This document shows positions 12,393-27,000 of a stretch of DNA of 64,000 bases, piece by piece; position 1 is the stretch's first letter, and the number at the start of each line of letters is the position of its first letter. A program made the translations under genes and the position numbers. The notes below the pieces were generated by a model. It was not told the origin of the DNA, made no database searches, and worked only from the letters and a program-made list of their open reading frames with translations. The stretch lies in assembly GCA_030704615.1 (NCBI GenBank), contig CM060733.1:63488001-63552000 (forward strand), given 5' to 3'. Source of the DNA: Takakia lepidozioides (Eukaryota > Plantae > Bryophyta).

Positions 12393-15300
12393 TCACCATA
12401 TTCTCTGTTGTGAAGCAGCAAGCACACTGAGTTGAAGGGCAGACAGTCTTTGTTGCTCGTACAGCTTCACGACTTGCTGGAGGTTTGCTTGCTCCTCTTC
12501 CAACCTACCCCGACATTACCAGAAAGATATAAGAGAGGCTTGATGACTACAGTTCCAAATTCTGGTACTGGTTTGATCGTCTGATCTCCCACAGGAATCC
12601 ATAATGCAAATGCCAAGGATAATCAAATAATCTTGAAACAAATGTTGGAAGTTCTCCACATTAAAACAATGCTGTTGCTTGAGATAATGTCTACGCAAAG
12701 GTCGGGTGACATTGCAGCTGCTAGATTTCTGGCATGCAGGGAACCTTCAACAATGAAAGTTCTCTCTTCTGCAACAAGATAAAAAATGTTCGTCAAACTT
12801 CCTTATATGACACAACACCAAGCCCAGCCTTACAAGGGGAATATTTGCAAGCAGATGTGGATTTACCTAGGAGATGCCATCTGACAGGATGGAGAATGTG
12901 CCTCTCAAATGGAATGGAGTCCTGGATCTTCTACATTGTACTTAGTCATAATTAACTTCTAGAATAGTAGGATATGTGCAAACCTTTGGCAAACCTGAGT
13001 CAGATTCTGTGAATAACTGCGTGCCTTCTGCAGCTTTGCAAGCAGCACCCGCTGCCCTTCCACCGCTGAAGTTCGCTTCTCCATCTCGACCTGCTATCAT
13101 CGTTATTTCCACGATCCTTGACTAGAACTGATCTTTGCTTTTGTGCAAGATACACACAACTAAAACAATAGCCTCCTGACAGATTTCAACAACATCTTCC
13201 ACCCTGTCTGCAGCGAGGGACTTTCAGAGGTCCAAAGAAGTCCAGGCAAAGATGACACAGGTGGAAACCTGAATGTGTGTAAATAAAACTTGATTTACTG
13301 TTTGACATCTTGAGTTGGTGATATTTGCCTCAAATAGTCCGGAAGTCTTCATACAGCTGGAGTTGCAAATTAACACAGCATCCTAAAGGATTGGATCAGT
13401 GCACCAATTGCAAACTGATCTCCTTTGTTGCCTCTCATATATGTCTCTCTCTCCCTCTCTCTTGTGCCATAAGGCTACGGCAAACAACGTCTTATGAGTA
13501 CAATCTCTTGTGCCATAATAAACCCTGGTGGGCACAAACCTCACAAAAGGCTCTGGGAGGTTAGTTTCCCATGGGGTCAATGGCCATAAGGCGATGGCAG
13601 GCCAACATTCGCAGGGAACGGTATGAGTACCTTGTGCCATAATACCCAAAGAGCAGGCGGCCTGAAGACAATATCCATTTTCTGATACAATGTCTGGGGT
13701 ATTCAGGACCATCAAGAACAGAGTCCCTGCACCTCAAGTTCACCAACCTTCAAATTCTCGAGGCTGAGCCTAAAGCCCTGGCCCTGTTGGGGTCTATTTG
13801 CTGGGCAGCTCGGGGTCTATGGCCACAAGGGTACGCCAAACAACGTCTTACTAGTAAATTCTCGTGCCATAGATCTCGACAGAATTACTGAAAGTGCAGG
13901 CTCAGCTGCATGTGTCACATCCATTGCAAGCTGGAGGGCTAAGAGAGCAGTGCTGCAGTTAACCTCACACTTTCTAGTTGATGCCACTGTCAGTCTATGA
14001 ATCCAATTACCCTTGTAATTGTCTTCAGCTTTCTGCCACTAATATGGGAATTTTGTGCAGAACGGAGGGACTGCATCCTATGGGACTGTCCTCAAGGTTG
14101 ATCAAATCAAACAATCTTTAGGAACAGTCAATAAGTAGTCTCCCTTGCTCTAACTCTTTGTTCATCTTTCTGGGCCTTGTCTCTCAGTGGATGCAGAACT
14201 GATCAGTTTGTCCCTCTCTTAGAACTCCTACAGAGGTATGATTTCACCCACCTTCAGTGCAGACTGGAGCTGCAAGAGTTTGGAGCGCACATCAGCAAGC
14301 TCTGTGGACTTTGCTTGAAGGGCTTGCTCACATTGCACTATGTTGGCTTGCAAGCTGTGCACTTTGGCAGTTTCCTCAGACAGATAGGTTTGCAGTTGCA
14401 AGCCACCTGCGGCTACATTCCAATTCCCACCGGTTTTCACCCATCAAATCGTAAAAGTTCCCTGCCACACACTTGCTCAAATCTGATCATAGGTCCCGCT
14501 GCATGTTCGACCCAAGAATGCATATCCTGCTAGCTTTGCCATGATTTAAGCAAACATCGTGATCACAAATCACTGCTCTTGTCTCATCAAATGGGACTTC
14601 TCCACAGAACTTCTAGTGTGGTGGATATGCATTCATTATGCCCCGAAAGAATGTCAAAAGTGCAGCTGGACACGCCTGCCTGCTGGCTCTCACAATGTGT
14701 GAAATCAATATCATGCCATTCCTTTTATTAGCCGAAAGCAACAGAACAAACACCCTTAAATTATAAGTATCAGGCATATATCCCTCTATCATTGCAGGAT
14801 GTAAATCACTGACCAAGCGGGACATATTCTTCACTTGTTTGCTCACTTGGAAAGGAAGATTGACTGCATCAAAGAGCTTACCAGCGGCATTTTCTACGAA
14901 GAGCACATCTTGCAAGGCTCCTTGCTCATGGACACCCCCAAATATTACCAGGCGTTGCCCAGCCCCAACCATCGTGTGCATCGACCGTCCATAAGCCCTT
15001 TGTTCACTTATATTATCCACAGCCATGTCATCCTTTGTAGATCCTATAATTGCCCACCGTTTCCACACTCGAGTATGGGTATCTAGGCTGTAGAAGTCCT
15101 CCAGATACATTCTTCCGTCATACCCTCCATACACAACTAGGTGTCTTCCAACAGCTGTAAGTGCATGCTGCCGTCTTGGCAAGGGCAAGTCTCCATACGT
15201 CTCGACACACTCCCAGACCATAAATTCAAGATCCAAGGAGTGTAGGTCTGCAAAATGCTCCTTCCCATTGTAACCCCCAAATACAAACATCTGTTTGTCT

Positions 15301-17855
15301 ACCACTGCTGCGCCATGGCCGCGGCGTGGAGATGGGGGCACCCCAACATAATCTGGAGAAGTCCATTTCATCGACAGCACATCAAGCATCCAGGTCTCAT
15401 TCAGGTGGCCCACACATGATCGATAGCCCCCAAACACAATCATGTATCGCCCATCTTGGGTCATACAGCAGGTGTGATGCGAGAAGGGAGCAGGCTGTGC
15501 ACCCATTCGCTGCCTCTCTGGCTGCGACCACTCACATGACACTGCAACCATGCCACCTTTCTCAAGTTCTTGGACCAAGCGTTAATGTCTTTATTAGGTC
15601 AATTCATGAGTTACATATATTTATTAATAGCGCTTGAGATAACTTTGAGAACTGAGAAGACGGGGACTAACATCCTTGATCAGAGAAGGTGAGCAAGGAC
15701 GTGTCAGCAAACTCATAGACCCCATCAAAGCCTCCAAAAAGCAGCATCTTGTTGTTGCCAAATGCGCAGGCACTGTGATTCCGCATACGTGGTGGGGATA
15801 CACTGCCTGGTGTCACTGAAGCTGCAGGTATCTTCCAGCACATTTCAACTATAACCTCAACCCCAGAACCAACCATGGATTTGTCAGTGATGTGCTCCAT
15901 ATACTCCATCACAACAAATACTTCTCCTTCCACAGAAAGCACGAAGGTCTCTTTGGTAGAGGAACTTTACATGGCAACCATCTCATCTCAGATGTAAGTT
16001 TGAAGCAACAGGGTATTAGATTCTACTGGCACTACAGACAAAAACTGAAAGGCAAATTCACTTGGACATATTTTCAAGGAAAGATTACATATTTCTGCTT
16101 CCACCAAATTCAGTTGGCTTCTTTCAGAACATCCAGTCAGAAGGGACTGCTGTGGGGCTCCCTAATGTCATCCAATTAAAACAGAAGGCCTAAAAGGATC
16201 TGATACCAAAGTTCTCGACATGCATACCAAATAGAACCTGCCACCAATATTTTGAGGATTTTAATTCATAGCTTTATACTTAAGTGCAAACAAGGTGCGA
16301 TTTAGTTACTTGATAGATGCCAGTTTTGCTGCTTGGCTCTGCCTAGTTCCTTGAACTCAAATCAAAATTGGAGACTTCAACTTCATCACGGAATAGAGCT
16401 TGAACACAGACAGACGCTTCTTGAACATAGGCATATATTGCTACAAGAAAAGTCTTGAGTGTCAGGCAGCCCTTGCATACCAGAATCAAAAAGTAGGACA
16501 TCATTGAAACATTCCCGCCCATTGTAACCCCCAAAGATTACAGTGTATGGTGCATTTGTCAGGCCGAGGGAAAGAGACACTGCAGAATGGCCCGCACGAG
16601 GGGCAGGTGACCACTTGCCCTCCATTACTGGCCAGCTCCACCTCAGATCCGCTGCAATCCACCACAGCTTCGGAATTAGATTTCAAGAGTTCCATCCGTT
16701 TATATGGATTCAAGTGGAGGTGGGAATGGCGTATCTTCACTAATGAGATTGAGCTGGCATGGTTGGCAGTGTGGCTATCACCTGTGCTTGGCATCATCAC
16801 TATTGATGTCAGATAAGCTATGTGAGCCCACCTTAGTAAAGCGTACCCAAGAATGGTTTCTCAACATATCCTTTGAGGATACAAGAAACGAAACCCTCTC
16901 CAGCTGGGCGACAATCTTCGTACCAAATTGCATGTCCCAGAGTCTGCCCGTCAGGTCTTTCTGATAAGAAGCATGGTCCTCGGTGGATCTCTCTCACAGA
17001 CAACAATGTCTTATTTGCAAGTTCGAGTGTTACTCAAGCTGGTCCAAACACGCTTGTGGCATCAAGAGCACAAGGGTGCAGGCATACTACAGTGGTCCAT
17101 TAGCCAACTGGTAGCAGCAGTGATACTTGCTTGGTGGAAATGGTAGACAAGGTTCCAGCATCCTTCTTCAAGCTTATGAATACAGCCCATGCACTGATTC
17201 TTGGAGCTACCACACAGTTAGAGAAATCTGATAAGGTTAACGATACATTGTGCAGTTGTACAGCATTTCTCAATGTGCTGAAAGCCAATGAATGAGCCTC
17301 CTCCCTTCCCGCTCCTGTGAGATAAGAAAATAGAGGACCAGCAACTGAGAAGAGTCTTCTGATCCGTTACCATCCAGGAAGCCCGAGGTCCATGAGGGGG
17401 TCCTGGCGATAGCAGCCCCTGCCATATCTATCATACGCAATCGCTCTGTTACAAACCCAGCCAAAAGCGTCTGCATCTCTCCGCACAGTTGGGTTCCACC
17501 AGCCAGCTGGGTTTCCAACACCTTTACCCTAGCCTCTGATTCATGAAGCTTTTCTTCAGCTTTTATCCTCCTGCAATCCAGCAGTCTTGCTGTCAAATTT
17601 GTTACTATTGTTGACAGTGATTAGTAACAAGTAGCATCATTCGTGGCTTTCTTCAAGGACCGTTGGCTTTGGGTACAACAGGCAAAACAAAAGTTGACAA
17701 ACTCACCGTCAGCTATCAACCCCACCCAACCCGTATCAGTTACCTGCAGACTGCAGTGTACGCAAGCCATGACGAGTAGAGCTTCTGCAGCCGCCTGTTT
17801 TTGGATTGCATATGTAAGCGCTTGACCCAACCCCAGCGTTCCTGCTTGCTCCGCA
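12393..17855 (-). CDS. Multi-exon Kelch-repeat (beta-propeller) protein with flanking coiled coils
   Basis: Kelch motifs PAPRAGHSA..VIFGGYNG (16.5-16.65 kb), PPRMRNHSA..LLFGGFDG (15.7-15.9 kb), PSPRRGHGA..FVFGGYNG and PLPRRQHAL..VVYGGYDG (14.9-15.6 kb). Coiled-coil exons at ~17.4-17.57, 14.24-14.41 and 13.0-13.09 kb. Likely last exon LEEEQANLQQVVKLYEQQ...IW* ends at 12393. The 5' end is uncertain (possibly ~18.09 kb, or joined to the upstream gene). Confidence 0.8.
13474..13870 (+). mobile_element. Intronic fragments of a LINE 3' end (same family as 49935-50340 and 54587-54960)
   Basis: Shared AAGGCTACGGCAAACAACGTCTTATGAGTACAATCT tail and GAGGCTGAGCCTAAAGCCCTGGCCCT segment. A short copy also lies at ~30158-30215 (-). 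Confidence 0.7.
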
Positions 17856-18742
17856 CCTGGTGTAGCCATGAACCGACTACTGTGACCCTGGCCACCACCA
17901 TAAAAAATCCAGAAACTACTAAGCATAAATTATATTGTGGGCACATCTACAGTTTCCTGATCCATCACTCACCAATTACTCCTTACAATGCAAGTAAGGA
18001 GTAAACTCCAGACTAATATTCAAGGTATCCAATTGAAAGAATGTTTTACAAGGGTTACTTACCATGTATCAAACCATCATCATCATCCATAGCCGTGACT
18101 AGCTGCTAACTACGCAGTGACTTGTCAGCTTCTGGAGAATTGTTCTTGGTGGCTTGAATTTACAAGGGCATTTGTCTGCAGAGTTCAGGGCTACTAAGCA
18201 GGTATTCATCCATCACTGTAGATGAGGTGGTTGCTAAAGATTTTGTCATACAAGGAAGCAGCTGAGTAGATAGGGATTGTTGTACAAACAATATGCCCAA
18301 AATATAGGTACATGTTTATACAAGTATCCTCACACTGAGTATCTGTTAGAGTTCTGGATGTAGCACAAAACTCCATCCTGATGTTGCTAACACTTCAGAG
18401 GTAGAGCAAAGTAGTCAAAATTATTTTTATTCTACTAGCAGGACACACTGCTGAAGCAACTAAATACATTTCATTTTAGCTTTGTCTCTAGCTCATCAGA
18501 CAAAGTATCAAACGTGCATCATAATGCATAAGTGACTGCTACAACTCTCACTTCATCAGCTCCCAACAGTGGATGTGGATTAGCATGCCATATGTTTATG
18601 CAAGCGGGTGGGTATAGTTCACCCATGGATATTGTATTTGATCGTCATGTATTGACTGATAAGATTCCTGCCCACATCAAACTCTGAGCTGACACAGTTA
18701 TGTAAGATACCATGTCATCCTTCCCAACTAGAATGCTGCATT

Positions 18743-21700
18743 TTAGGAGGTCTCTGAAGGAGTAAGCTCAAACATGCTTTCCTGCACAGCCATACATAGA
18801 CTTCTAAAAGATCTGCAGCCATGTTGCCAACTAGACAGATTTCAAGCCCCTTGAACAATTTATTTTGAATTTGGTATGGCCGCAGCAGTCAGTCAGTGAA
18901 CAAACTCAGCAATGAGGACATTTTAACAGGCAGAATAGCAGAGGTATCACCTAATTTTGTATGAACGTCGAGCCTTCCAGTCTTCTATTATTTGCTTGTT
19001 CATCCACTTTTTCCTGATTGCCTGGAATGCCCATGCCATGCACCGCATCTCAATTCTGGTGATTAACCGTGTCCTCAGGGTCCTGGCTTCTCTTGTTCTC
19101 ATTACATACTGCCACCATTTCAGTAGGATTACCCATCTCAGTCTGCGTCCTTTGCGTTTCAGAAACCACACCAATCGTGTTGCCATCACACCTAACCATT
19201 GTACCCTTCCAATCCAGGTTTCCATGGCCACCTGCACCAAGAAGACTCGCTGCCGCTGCCTACCTACAGCCACAATTGCACAAGCACAAACGCGTATCCA
19301 TCATTTAACACAGAGAACTGATATGAACTGAGCAAGGTTGGGAATAAATGTGTGGTATAGTTCCGCTCTTGGGGTGTATGTTAGGGACAGGAAGGAACGG
19401 AAAGGAACTTTATAACGTCCAGAGGAAGCTAAAAAGAGCTTATTAGACAAAATGAAATGAAATGAAATGGTACTTCATAACGTCTGCGGCAAAAGAAAGA
19501 ATGACAAAAGAAAGAAATGGGCCCTCAGCAAGCAGCCCAAAAGCAAAAATCCAGAGATTCTTGAAGGTGGAAAGCCTCATGAAAGGCTTAAAGACTTTTA
19601 GGCTTTTACTCTGGCATCCAAGCTTTGCTATGGCCTGCCTCAACTGTGCAGTCTATGACTCTGAGAGGATCTGTCTGGAACAAGAAATCAACCCGTCACG
19701 TATGCATTCTATGAAAAAGACAATCCTCGAGATGAAACCTTACCCAGCTCCAAGTGTTTTGCTCTCTGCGTCTTCTCAACAACGAGGTGATGCCATCCCT
19801 CCAAGCACTCTCTAGCGACCCTTACGAACCTGAAGACTTCCACATTGATTCTAGTTTCCCTTGCCATGCCCACATTCAAATTTAATCCACGCCATGCTTT
19901 CCGAAGGTGACTGAAGTACAAAAATCGGATGGCTCTCTTGTCATTCAAGCTCTTCAAGGCCATCTGCACACAGTAGGATTGCCAGTGGACCACTACTAGT
20001 CGCAGTCGGTAGTGCGCCCAGTAGTCCATGAAATTGTGAAGTCTGTTGTTTGCCTCTTTTCTCAGCAAAGCACCTCTCCACCACATTCGAATAGAATAGA
20101 GGAGAAGAGTCTTTGTCCGATGCTGTGAGGCCCATGATTTGGATCGTGCACTATGCTGGATCTTTTCACAACCGGTCACAAACACAGCGAACCACTTCAT
20201 CAAGTTCCGTGCATGCCAGGACCTTTCTGCTTTGCGGAGGGCCTGCAAAGGTGCGATCCACAATCTGCTATGACAATTCACTCATCCATCAATGTAATTC
20301 ATGAGAGTACATATTGATTAGCTGGAAACTCTCACTTCACAGCAGAAAAACACTGATGGAATTTTAACATCAACTAAAAATGTCATCTTGACACTATATT
20401 ACAACATGGTGACAAACAACATACAGGGATCGACCTTGCACATAGAACAAATAAAGAGACTATGGCACCAGCAGGTTGACCCCTTATACTCTCTACATTT
20501 ATCAACCAAAATGATCAATTGGGCCAACCTCACCCAACCTTGAGGATAGTTTCAAGCTTTTTGTGACAACCAGTGCAGCCTGAGGACACATAAGGATTTT
20601 AACCTCTACCTAGTGAACAGACAGAGAATTAGTTCTTGCCCGCTTTCTCCTGGATTTGTCGCAGAAGTGCCGCCAGGCACATAAAGTCGCATGCAGGTGC
20701 TTGCTGCGAGCCATGACTTGCATTTGCTCTATGAGGCGTGCTCGCATGTCACGTGCTTTGGCCAGCAGCATTGCCTCTGCCTTGCCTTTTTGGAGAGTCT
20801 CAAGCAGTATCTTTCGCTCTTCCTGTGCTTGAGCTCTATACTCCATAGCGTCTCTCCCTGCCTACACCCACCACTTCTTCCACCATCTAAATTACGTTTG
20901 TAAATATGAGTGTGACGGTTTTACATAGACATAGTCCATTGGCAGGGCAACAGGGGCCAAAAATCTGTCATTTTGTCTCAACTCTTGAACCATGCAAAAT
21001 TTCCAAGCCAGGCAGTTGTGGATCCCAAACAAAATTTTAGATATTTAACAACACCCAGTCTACTGAACTATACCAAATTTCCGAACCAAGCAGTGTGGAT
21101 CCCAAGAAGCTTCGTGTTCATGATGAATGGCAATCTTCTTTAATAATAAAACCGACACACAGATGACCACCCCTCAACAGTAGAGAGGGCAGTCTGTGCA
21201 GTTGGTCTACAGGATTCTGACGCTGCAGCTCTTTTTAAAACTGTACTACAAAGTGGCAGGTGAGGATCTACCCGAGTGAGAAGATGCTGCAGTTTCTGGT
21301 TGCGGTTCTCAAGCTCCAGCAATGCCGTATTCTTTTGCCATTCCCAACGTGATGAAGACGAGGTATCCTGCATTTTCTTAACATTTGACATGATCATGAT
21401 TTGAGCGATTTGGTGACCAGACCTTAAGACTTTTATGGCTGGACACTCAACATCTACAGAAGGAAATCGTAGTTATAGGTTGATTGAATGTTTTCAACCC
21501 CCCTTGAAAGAGTCGTACTGACATTTAAGTGCACATTCATTATAGAGGTCTGCTTGGGACATGAAGAGTGGCAATCGAAGGCAAGGGAGACTTGGAGGAC
21601 CACGTGGGCTGACAGCAATTGTTGGTTAGAGATATCCCTGTGCATATGCATATTGCTCAGACAAGGGTCTATTTCCTTCAATTTAAGCATAGCGTTGAAC

Positions 21701-22478
21701 TCATGTAGTCTCGCTAGTAACAAGTACGAGAGTGATGGCGGAATGGGCCGTCACTCAACTAAGTTAGATATTATGTTTTGGACAACCTCGTAACATTTCA
21801 CCTCGTCCTAACGGCACTCCAACGTTGGATTTATCAGTCTGCTCACCTGACTTGCAGCCCACAGTGTCTCACTGAAGGGAAGCACCAGCTTGACGAGAGT
21901 CTGCTTTGAAAGGGCATTGTCAGTGGCATCCAAAACACTGTCATGAACCTTCTCCCTCTGTCGCATCTCCCTCGGTGTCTCCTACAGTCGAGACAGACTG
22001 GATGTTTTACAAGCAATATGATTAACCGTCTGCACACCGCTTTTGCTCTGAGGGTTCTGCACATCTCTGAGAATTTTGGAGAACCTGTAAGGTAAGGGGC
22101 GACTAACTCTTTTTATTGAGCATAAGGGGCGCGCCAGATAACACACACACAGTATGGTCGCGAGTTCGCATGTTCGTCATCTAGTCCCATCCAGGTCCTT
22201 GTAATTGTCTTCCTGCGACCATACCGTACTATGCACAGAAGAGGCACATGAAGATCCCTGAAAACATCTAAACAACAGCACAAGTAAAAAAGCACCTGAG
22301 AAAAAACAGTGCTCTTGCTGGTAGATTTGGAACCGATGGCTTCGGGCTGACCAGAGTCAGGTTGTGCTGGTTTTTGGTCAAAATAGGCCCGCTCTCCGGC
22401 CACAAACATCTGTAAGTGTGTCCTGGGATAGCGCCCTGATGTTCTAGCCCCTCCTCTTTCTAACATCGGTGATGCCAT
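18743..22478 (-). CDS. Multi-exon coiled-coil protein with Sfi1-like Trp-periodic basic repeats (candidate centriole/basal-body protein)
   Basis: Start MASPMLERGG at 22478 with GT-AG exons. Exons at 20.6-20.86, 19.74-20.24 and 18.95-19.23 kb show spaced L...(F/L)..W units (LHATLCAWRHF, LYSIRMWW, LRLVVVHWQSY, LRKAWRGL, LEGWHHL, LLKWWQY). The 3' end is tentative. Confidence 0.6.
19395..19630 (-). mobile_element. Intronic retroposon (LINE) 3' fragment with a (CATTT)n tail
   Basis: GAAATGAAATGAAATG...ACTT(T/C)ATAACGTC..CGG motif shared with copies at ~25.5-25.7, 26.96-27.03, 27.4-27.58 and 29.33-29.47 kb. Confidence 0.65.
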
Positions 22479-24042
22479 AGTATCACAAAGACATTGAAGC
22501 TAACCCAAAACGTGATGCACTGGTACAATCTCCTCATAAGCCCATTATTTGGGCCAGGTGGAGTTTACACTATGGAGGTAATCACACCAGACACTTGAAT
22601 GAATGGAGACGACGAACAAAAGAGGCCATGGCTGGCATGGCATTTTGAAAGTTCGTTATACATCAGAGAACGGCAGGTTTCACTAACCATATTTACTTAC
22701 AAATGGTTGTCCTAGCACATGAACATCGCCTCGTGGTTTGGGGAGAAGATTATAGCCAATCCAACTCTGGAAGGAAAGGAAGTCATTGGGTAAAGCTTTC
22801 AGCTAACGTCATATATAGGAAAGAGCTTTTGAATCATAGGGAGTTCCAAGAAACTGTAACTGAAAAGATGGCTGTATACATTTGAGTGATGGAAGAGTGA
22901 GCAATGGATGGCTAGATGGATACGTAGATCATTCACTGGAACGTCTGTGACTAGTGTGGATCAAACAGGCAATCAGTATTGGCTGTGTGCTAAACTGCAG
23001 GGTCGCTACCTAATGCAGCAGCGCTACCCAAATTTCCGGCTTAATCAGCATGTAGGTAACCAACTGCCTTCTTTCAAGTTCCCAAGAACGTGACCTACTG
23101 TGGGTTCTTTGGGGGTGTAGAATTGAAGTGCGAGAAATTCACCTTGGGTATAAATTGGAAAAAAACGAATTTCTCGCACCAATTTCGTTGAGAGATGAGA
23201 CGGCTTGTAGGCCTAAAAGCATGGCTCACGAAAGGCATTGCATGATGCGACAGGAAAGCAAGCTGGAAGTGGTGAGAGTAATAGCGAGGATTTCTTCACA
23301 GTACCGTGTGCGCATAGCTTTTGGGTGTAGCTATGGCAACAACAGCTTGAGAATCTTCCCCCCGAAGTTTTTGATTGTTATCTCCCCGTATTTCTCTGCT
23401 CTATGATCTATGATCTGTCCACTGTCTCCAGGAAGAGCGAAAAGCATGCCTTGCAAGGAGTAACGATCGCAGAACCCACAAACGCAATCACCATGAGATG
23501 GGGTAATCCAGAGTATGATAAGAATGGTAACCAAACCCCAAAGCAAACATGTGACAGTTCCACTTCTTCCGACATATCTATCCTTATTTGGAGCCATTTT
23601 CTCTTGAAGACCTTCGTTCTACTTTACTCGCTCGATTGTTGTAGGAAGACGGATGATGGATGGTGGTGCAGGAAATGGGGCAGGGCCAATCTGCACGGGA
23701 AACTCACTGCCATTGATCTTGTTCAATTGTTGTAAGCATGGTATGATGTGCTAAAATTCCTTTTCGTTTCTCTCCGCATTTATACTTTGTAGATGAACCC
23801 CAACTTTATTTTCTTCAAACTATTCTATGCTGTACAGGTCGATTTTTCCTGCAGGCCCTGAAAAGACCTAGTCCGAAATTGTGCATACTGTACAACATAA
23901 GCAGAAACTAGACCTTTAAGAACAATAAATGAGGAACTGAATCACAGCCAGGAGAAGGCGAGGTTGGTAGCAGTTTAGATGAATTCAAGAGCAGGAGAGA
24001 GAACATGTGGTAAATAATCAGCCAAAGGGGGGTATGCTGCAG

Positions 24043-27000
24043 AGACACACACGCCAGGGCAGGGGTTCAAACACATGGTGAGAAAATTGCGGGGAACTTT
24101 TCGAACTCTTTCGTAAGTATGCTATGAGCTCCACTTGCATAGACAGCTCTATTTGCAAAAGGATGGGCAGAAAGTGATGCAAGCCAAAATTCACTCTGTT
24201 TTATTTCTCCAAAATTTGTGCAAGGTGCTAGGGTTAGGAGGAATTCAGGTTTGTGGCATGAACCCTTTAAGTTTCCAGGAACAAGGAGGAGCTTTCTTTG
24301 GAGATTTTGAAGGAAGGCATCATTATCGTGTTTGGGTGCCCACGAGAGAAATTCACAACAGAAGAGGTACCATTCTTGAAGGATCTGAGACCAAACCAGT
24401 ACTTGGTCTATATGCATTTATGTCTAAAGTCAAATGTGGAGTGGTTAAAAAATATGAGCATGCACAGCTTTCCCAGAAGTTAGAATGTTTTGTGGTGGAG
24501 GGCAGGTGGAAGTAGTTAAGAGTTACCTGAACTTAGGTGGAAATATGTTGCTGCTAAGTGCACAAGGGGGTGACATACAGCAGCACTCCAATTTTAATAA
24601 GCTTCTTCAGGACTTTGGCATCACCATCAACTCTGACTGCCTTGTATGTCTCTCCCCTTCATCTGCACAAGACTCTCGAAATTAGATGAATACTAAGATG
24701 ACATTAAGAATGTTGCAACAAAAAGAGGTCCATCCATCTCATCAAATATTGGCGAGTCAGATTACTTGAAGTTGAGAACCAGTATTAAGTTGCACTGGGA
24801 GCTTACTCTTGGGGCCCAGGTGTTCTTTTGGCTATTCTTGTTTCCCACAAGTTCCCGTGGATGTTATGACGTTTCTATCTTTAGTACTTGGTTGTGAGTT
24901 TTGGACCCTTCTGTTGAAGAAATAAATTCATTTCTTTCATGCATTAAATTTGAATTGCAGCTATGTCCACAGACAGATTTGCGAAGGCAAAGGCTGCCTC
25001 CCTTTGTCTTGCAAACAAATCTGTCTATGTCACCCTTTCACAGAAAAATGGCTTTTCAATTCAGTTGTCTGATACAACCCGCAGACAGAGACTGATAGAT
25101 GGGACAACCTGGAGCACGCTAACCATTTACCTGGCTTGCACTGGAGAGGATAGAGGGGAGATTGAGATTGAAAAATATTTCTTCTTTCACTGTCCTCTCT
25201 ACTATGTGATCCAGGAACGTTACTACTGCCTATTCTTGGTCTTCACCTGCAACATGAAGGCCGCCTATGCCCTGCTTGTGCTGGGAACAACAGGGATATC
25301 GAAAGTGAAAACATTTCTTCTCTCACTGTCCTTTCTACTATGAGATCCGTGGAAGATTCAATTGTCTATTCCGTGATATACCCAATCTCTCACGGAAGTC
25401 TTTCACTATGAGGATCAGAAATGGTTGGCAGCTTACCTGCATGAGGCTTTGACTCAGACAATCCCTTGAGCAATTGTTACTTTTGGGAGGGCCCCTCTTT
25501 CTGTCTTGTTTCTTGCTTCCTCTTGTACCATAAGCTGTTTGAGCTTTCCGCGGACGTTATAAAGTACAATTTCATTTCATTTCATTTCTTTCTCGTATCC
25601 TGCTTTCTTAGCTCTTTGAGCGTTCCGCAGATGATATAATGTGTCTTTCTTTCCAATGTCATTTTTAAGTGCTATTTTATTTCATTTCTTCCCAGTCATA
25701 ATGTTATTGTCCTCCCTTTTACTGAGAAGTGCTCGGATTTTACCTGCATGAGCTTGTTGTCTCCAGGCATGTTTGCAGTCTCTGATGTGGGATTTTGTTG
25801 TTGTCGTCTACTTTTTCTGATCGGCCCTTTTCGGTTGACATAAAACATTTTCTTTAGTCTTCTCTTTCTCGCCCTTACTTTGAAGTTTGTTGTCCTTTGC
25901 CAGTGGGAGGTCTATTTTAAGACAGTATTCCAGCCAAAATTGCCTCATGATAACATGAATCTGGTTTGTCAAACTCTCTTGTGAAGGTTCGGACTGTGCA
26001 AGAAAAGTATTTGCATCCAAAGGAGGTGCTCATAACTGACAGTGTGTTGTGCAAAGAGATTAATCATGTTAGTACTTTTTACTCCTTTTGTTATTTGCTC
26101 ATGATTGTGTAAGGAAATTGGTGTTTCTGGGATGTAATTAGACTTGGTTGTGAGTCACTCTGCACACAAGAACCACATTTGAAAATCTGAACATATCAGA
26201 TCATCGGAAAGTTTCTTCTTAATCAACCGTCAATCAATACTAGATAAAATATACAAAGTGCTGCCAAAGTGGGTTGATTACTTCCCGTAGAACAGGGTGT
26301 GAAAGCCCAAATGCATCAGCAATTGTCAGTCAACCTTAAGATACAGTGATTGGTTACATTATAAAGACATATTCACAACCACTATATTACTCTTTCATAA
26401 GTCAACTAACATCCACTAGTTGCAGTTTGCAGGTAGAAGTATAAAAGACATGCCCAACAATACCTCCAAAGTGTCCAGGTACATCTCATTATGTCCCGCC
26501 TCTAGGCCTCATGTGGATGCAATGATTTTCTTCCTCTTTTACCAAGCAGAACTGCTAAATCAACATCTTCCAAAAGCCACTGTTATTTCAAGATTTAAAT
26601 TTTTATGTAGGTTGTGACAGAAGGCCCCATGCTCTTTGAAGAAAACATCTATTTGCTTTTGCCAATTTTATAGTGCTAGAGGCTGGCTATAGGTGCACTT
26701 GAAGAGAAAGGAACAGTTTTGTTGCCCCCCAGGTTGTTGTGGTGCCTCTTAGATAAAGTTGTAACAAGCAATGGGGTGTTCACCAGGTTGCAAGGCACAG
26801 ATCCAAAAGGAGACAGCAATGGGAAGCCAAACGGTGTAGGCTTGCAGATTGTGTATCCATATGGGGCTACTCTTTCCATACAGCGACCAGCTGCTGCCAT
26901 CCTCTCATCAGGCTTAATTGCCTTTCCTATTCACCGCCCCATCGGTACTTTGCTTTTACAGAGAGGGAGAAAGAAATGAAAGGAAATGGTACTTAGAAAC

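Noticed and set aside
23331-23735. Short ORFs between the Sfi1-like gene and IFT52
   Set aside because: No motifs or homology recognised. Probably promoter or UTR sequence.
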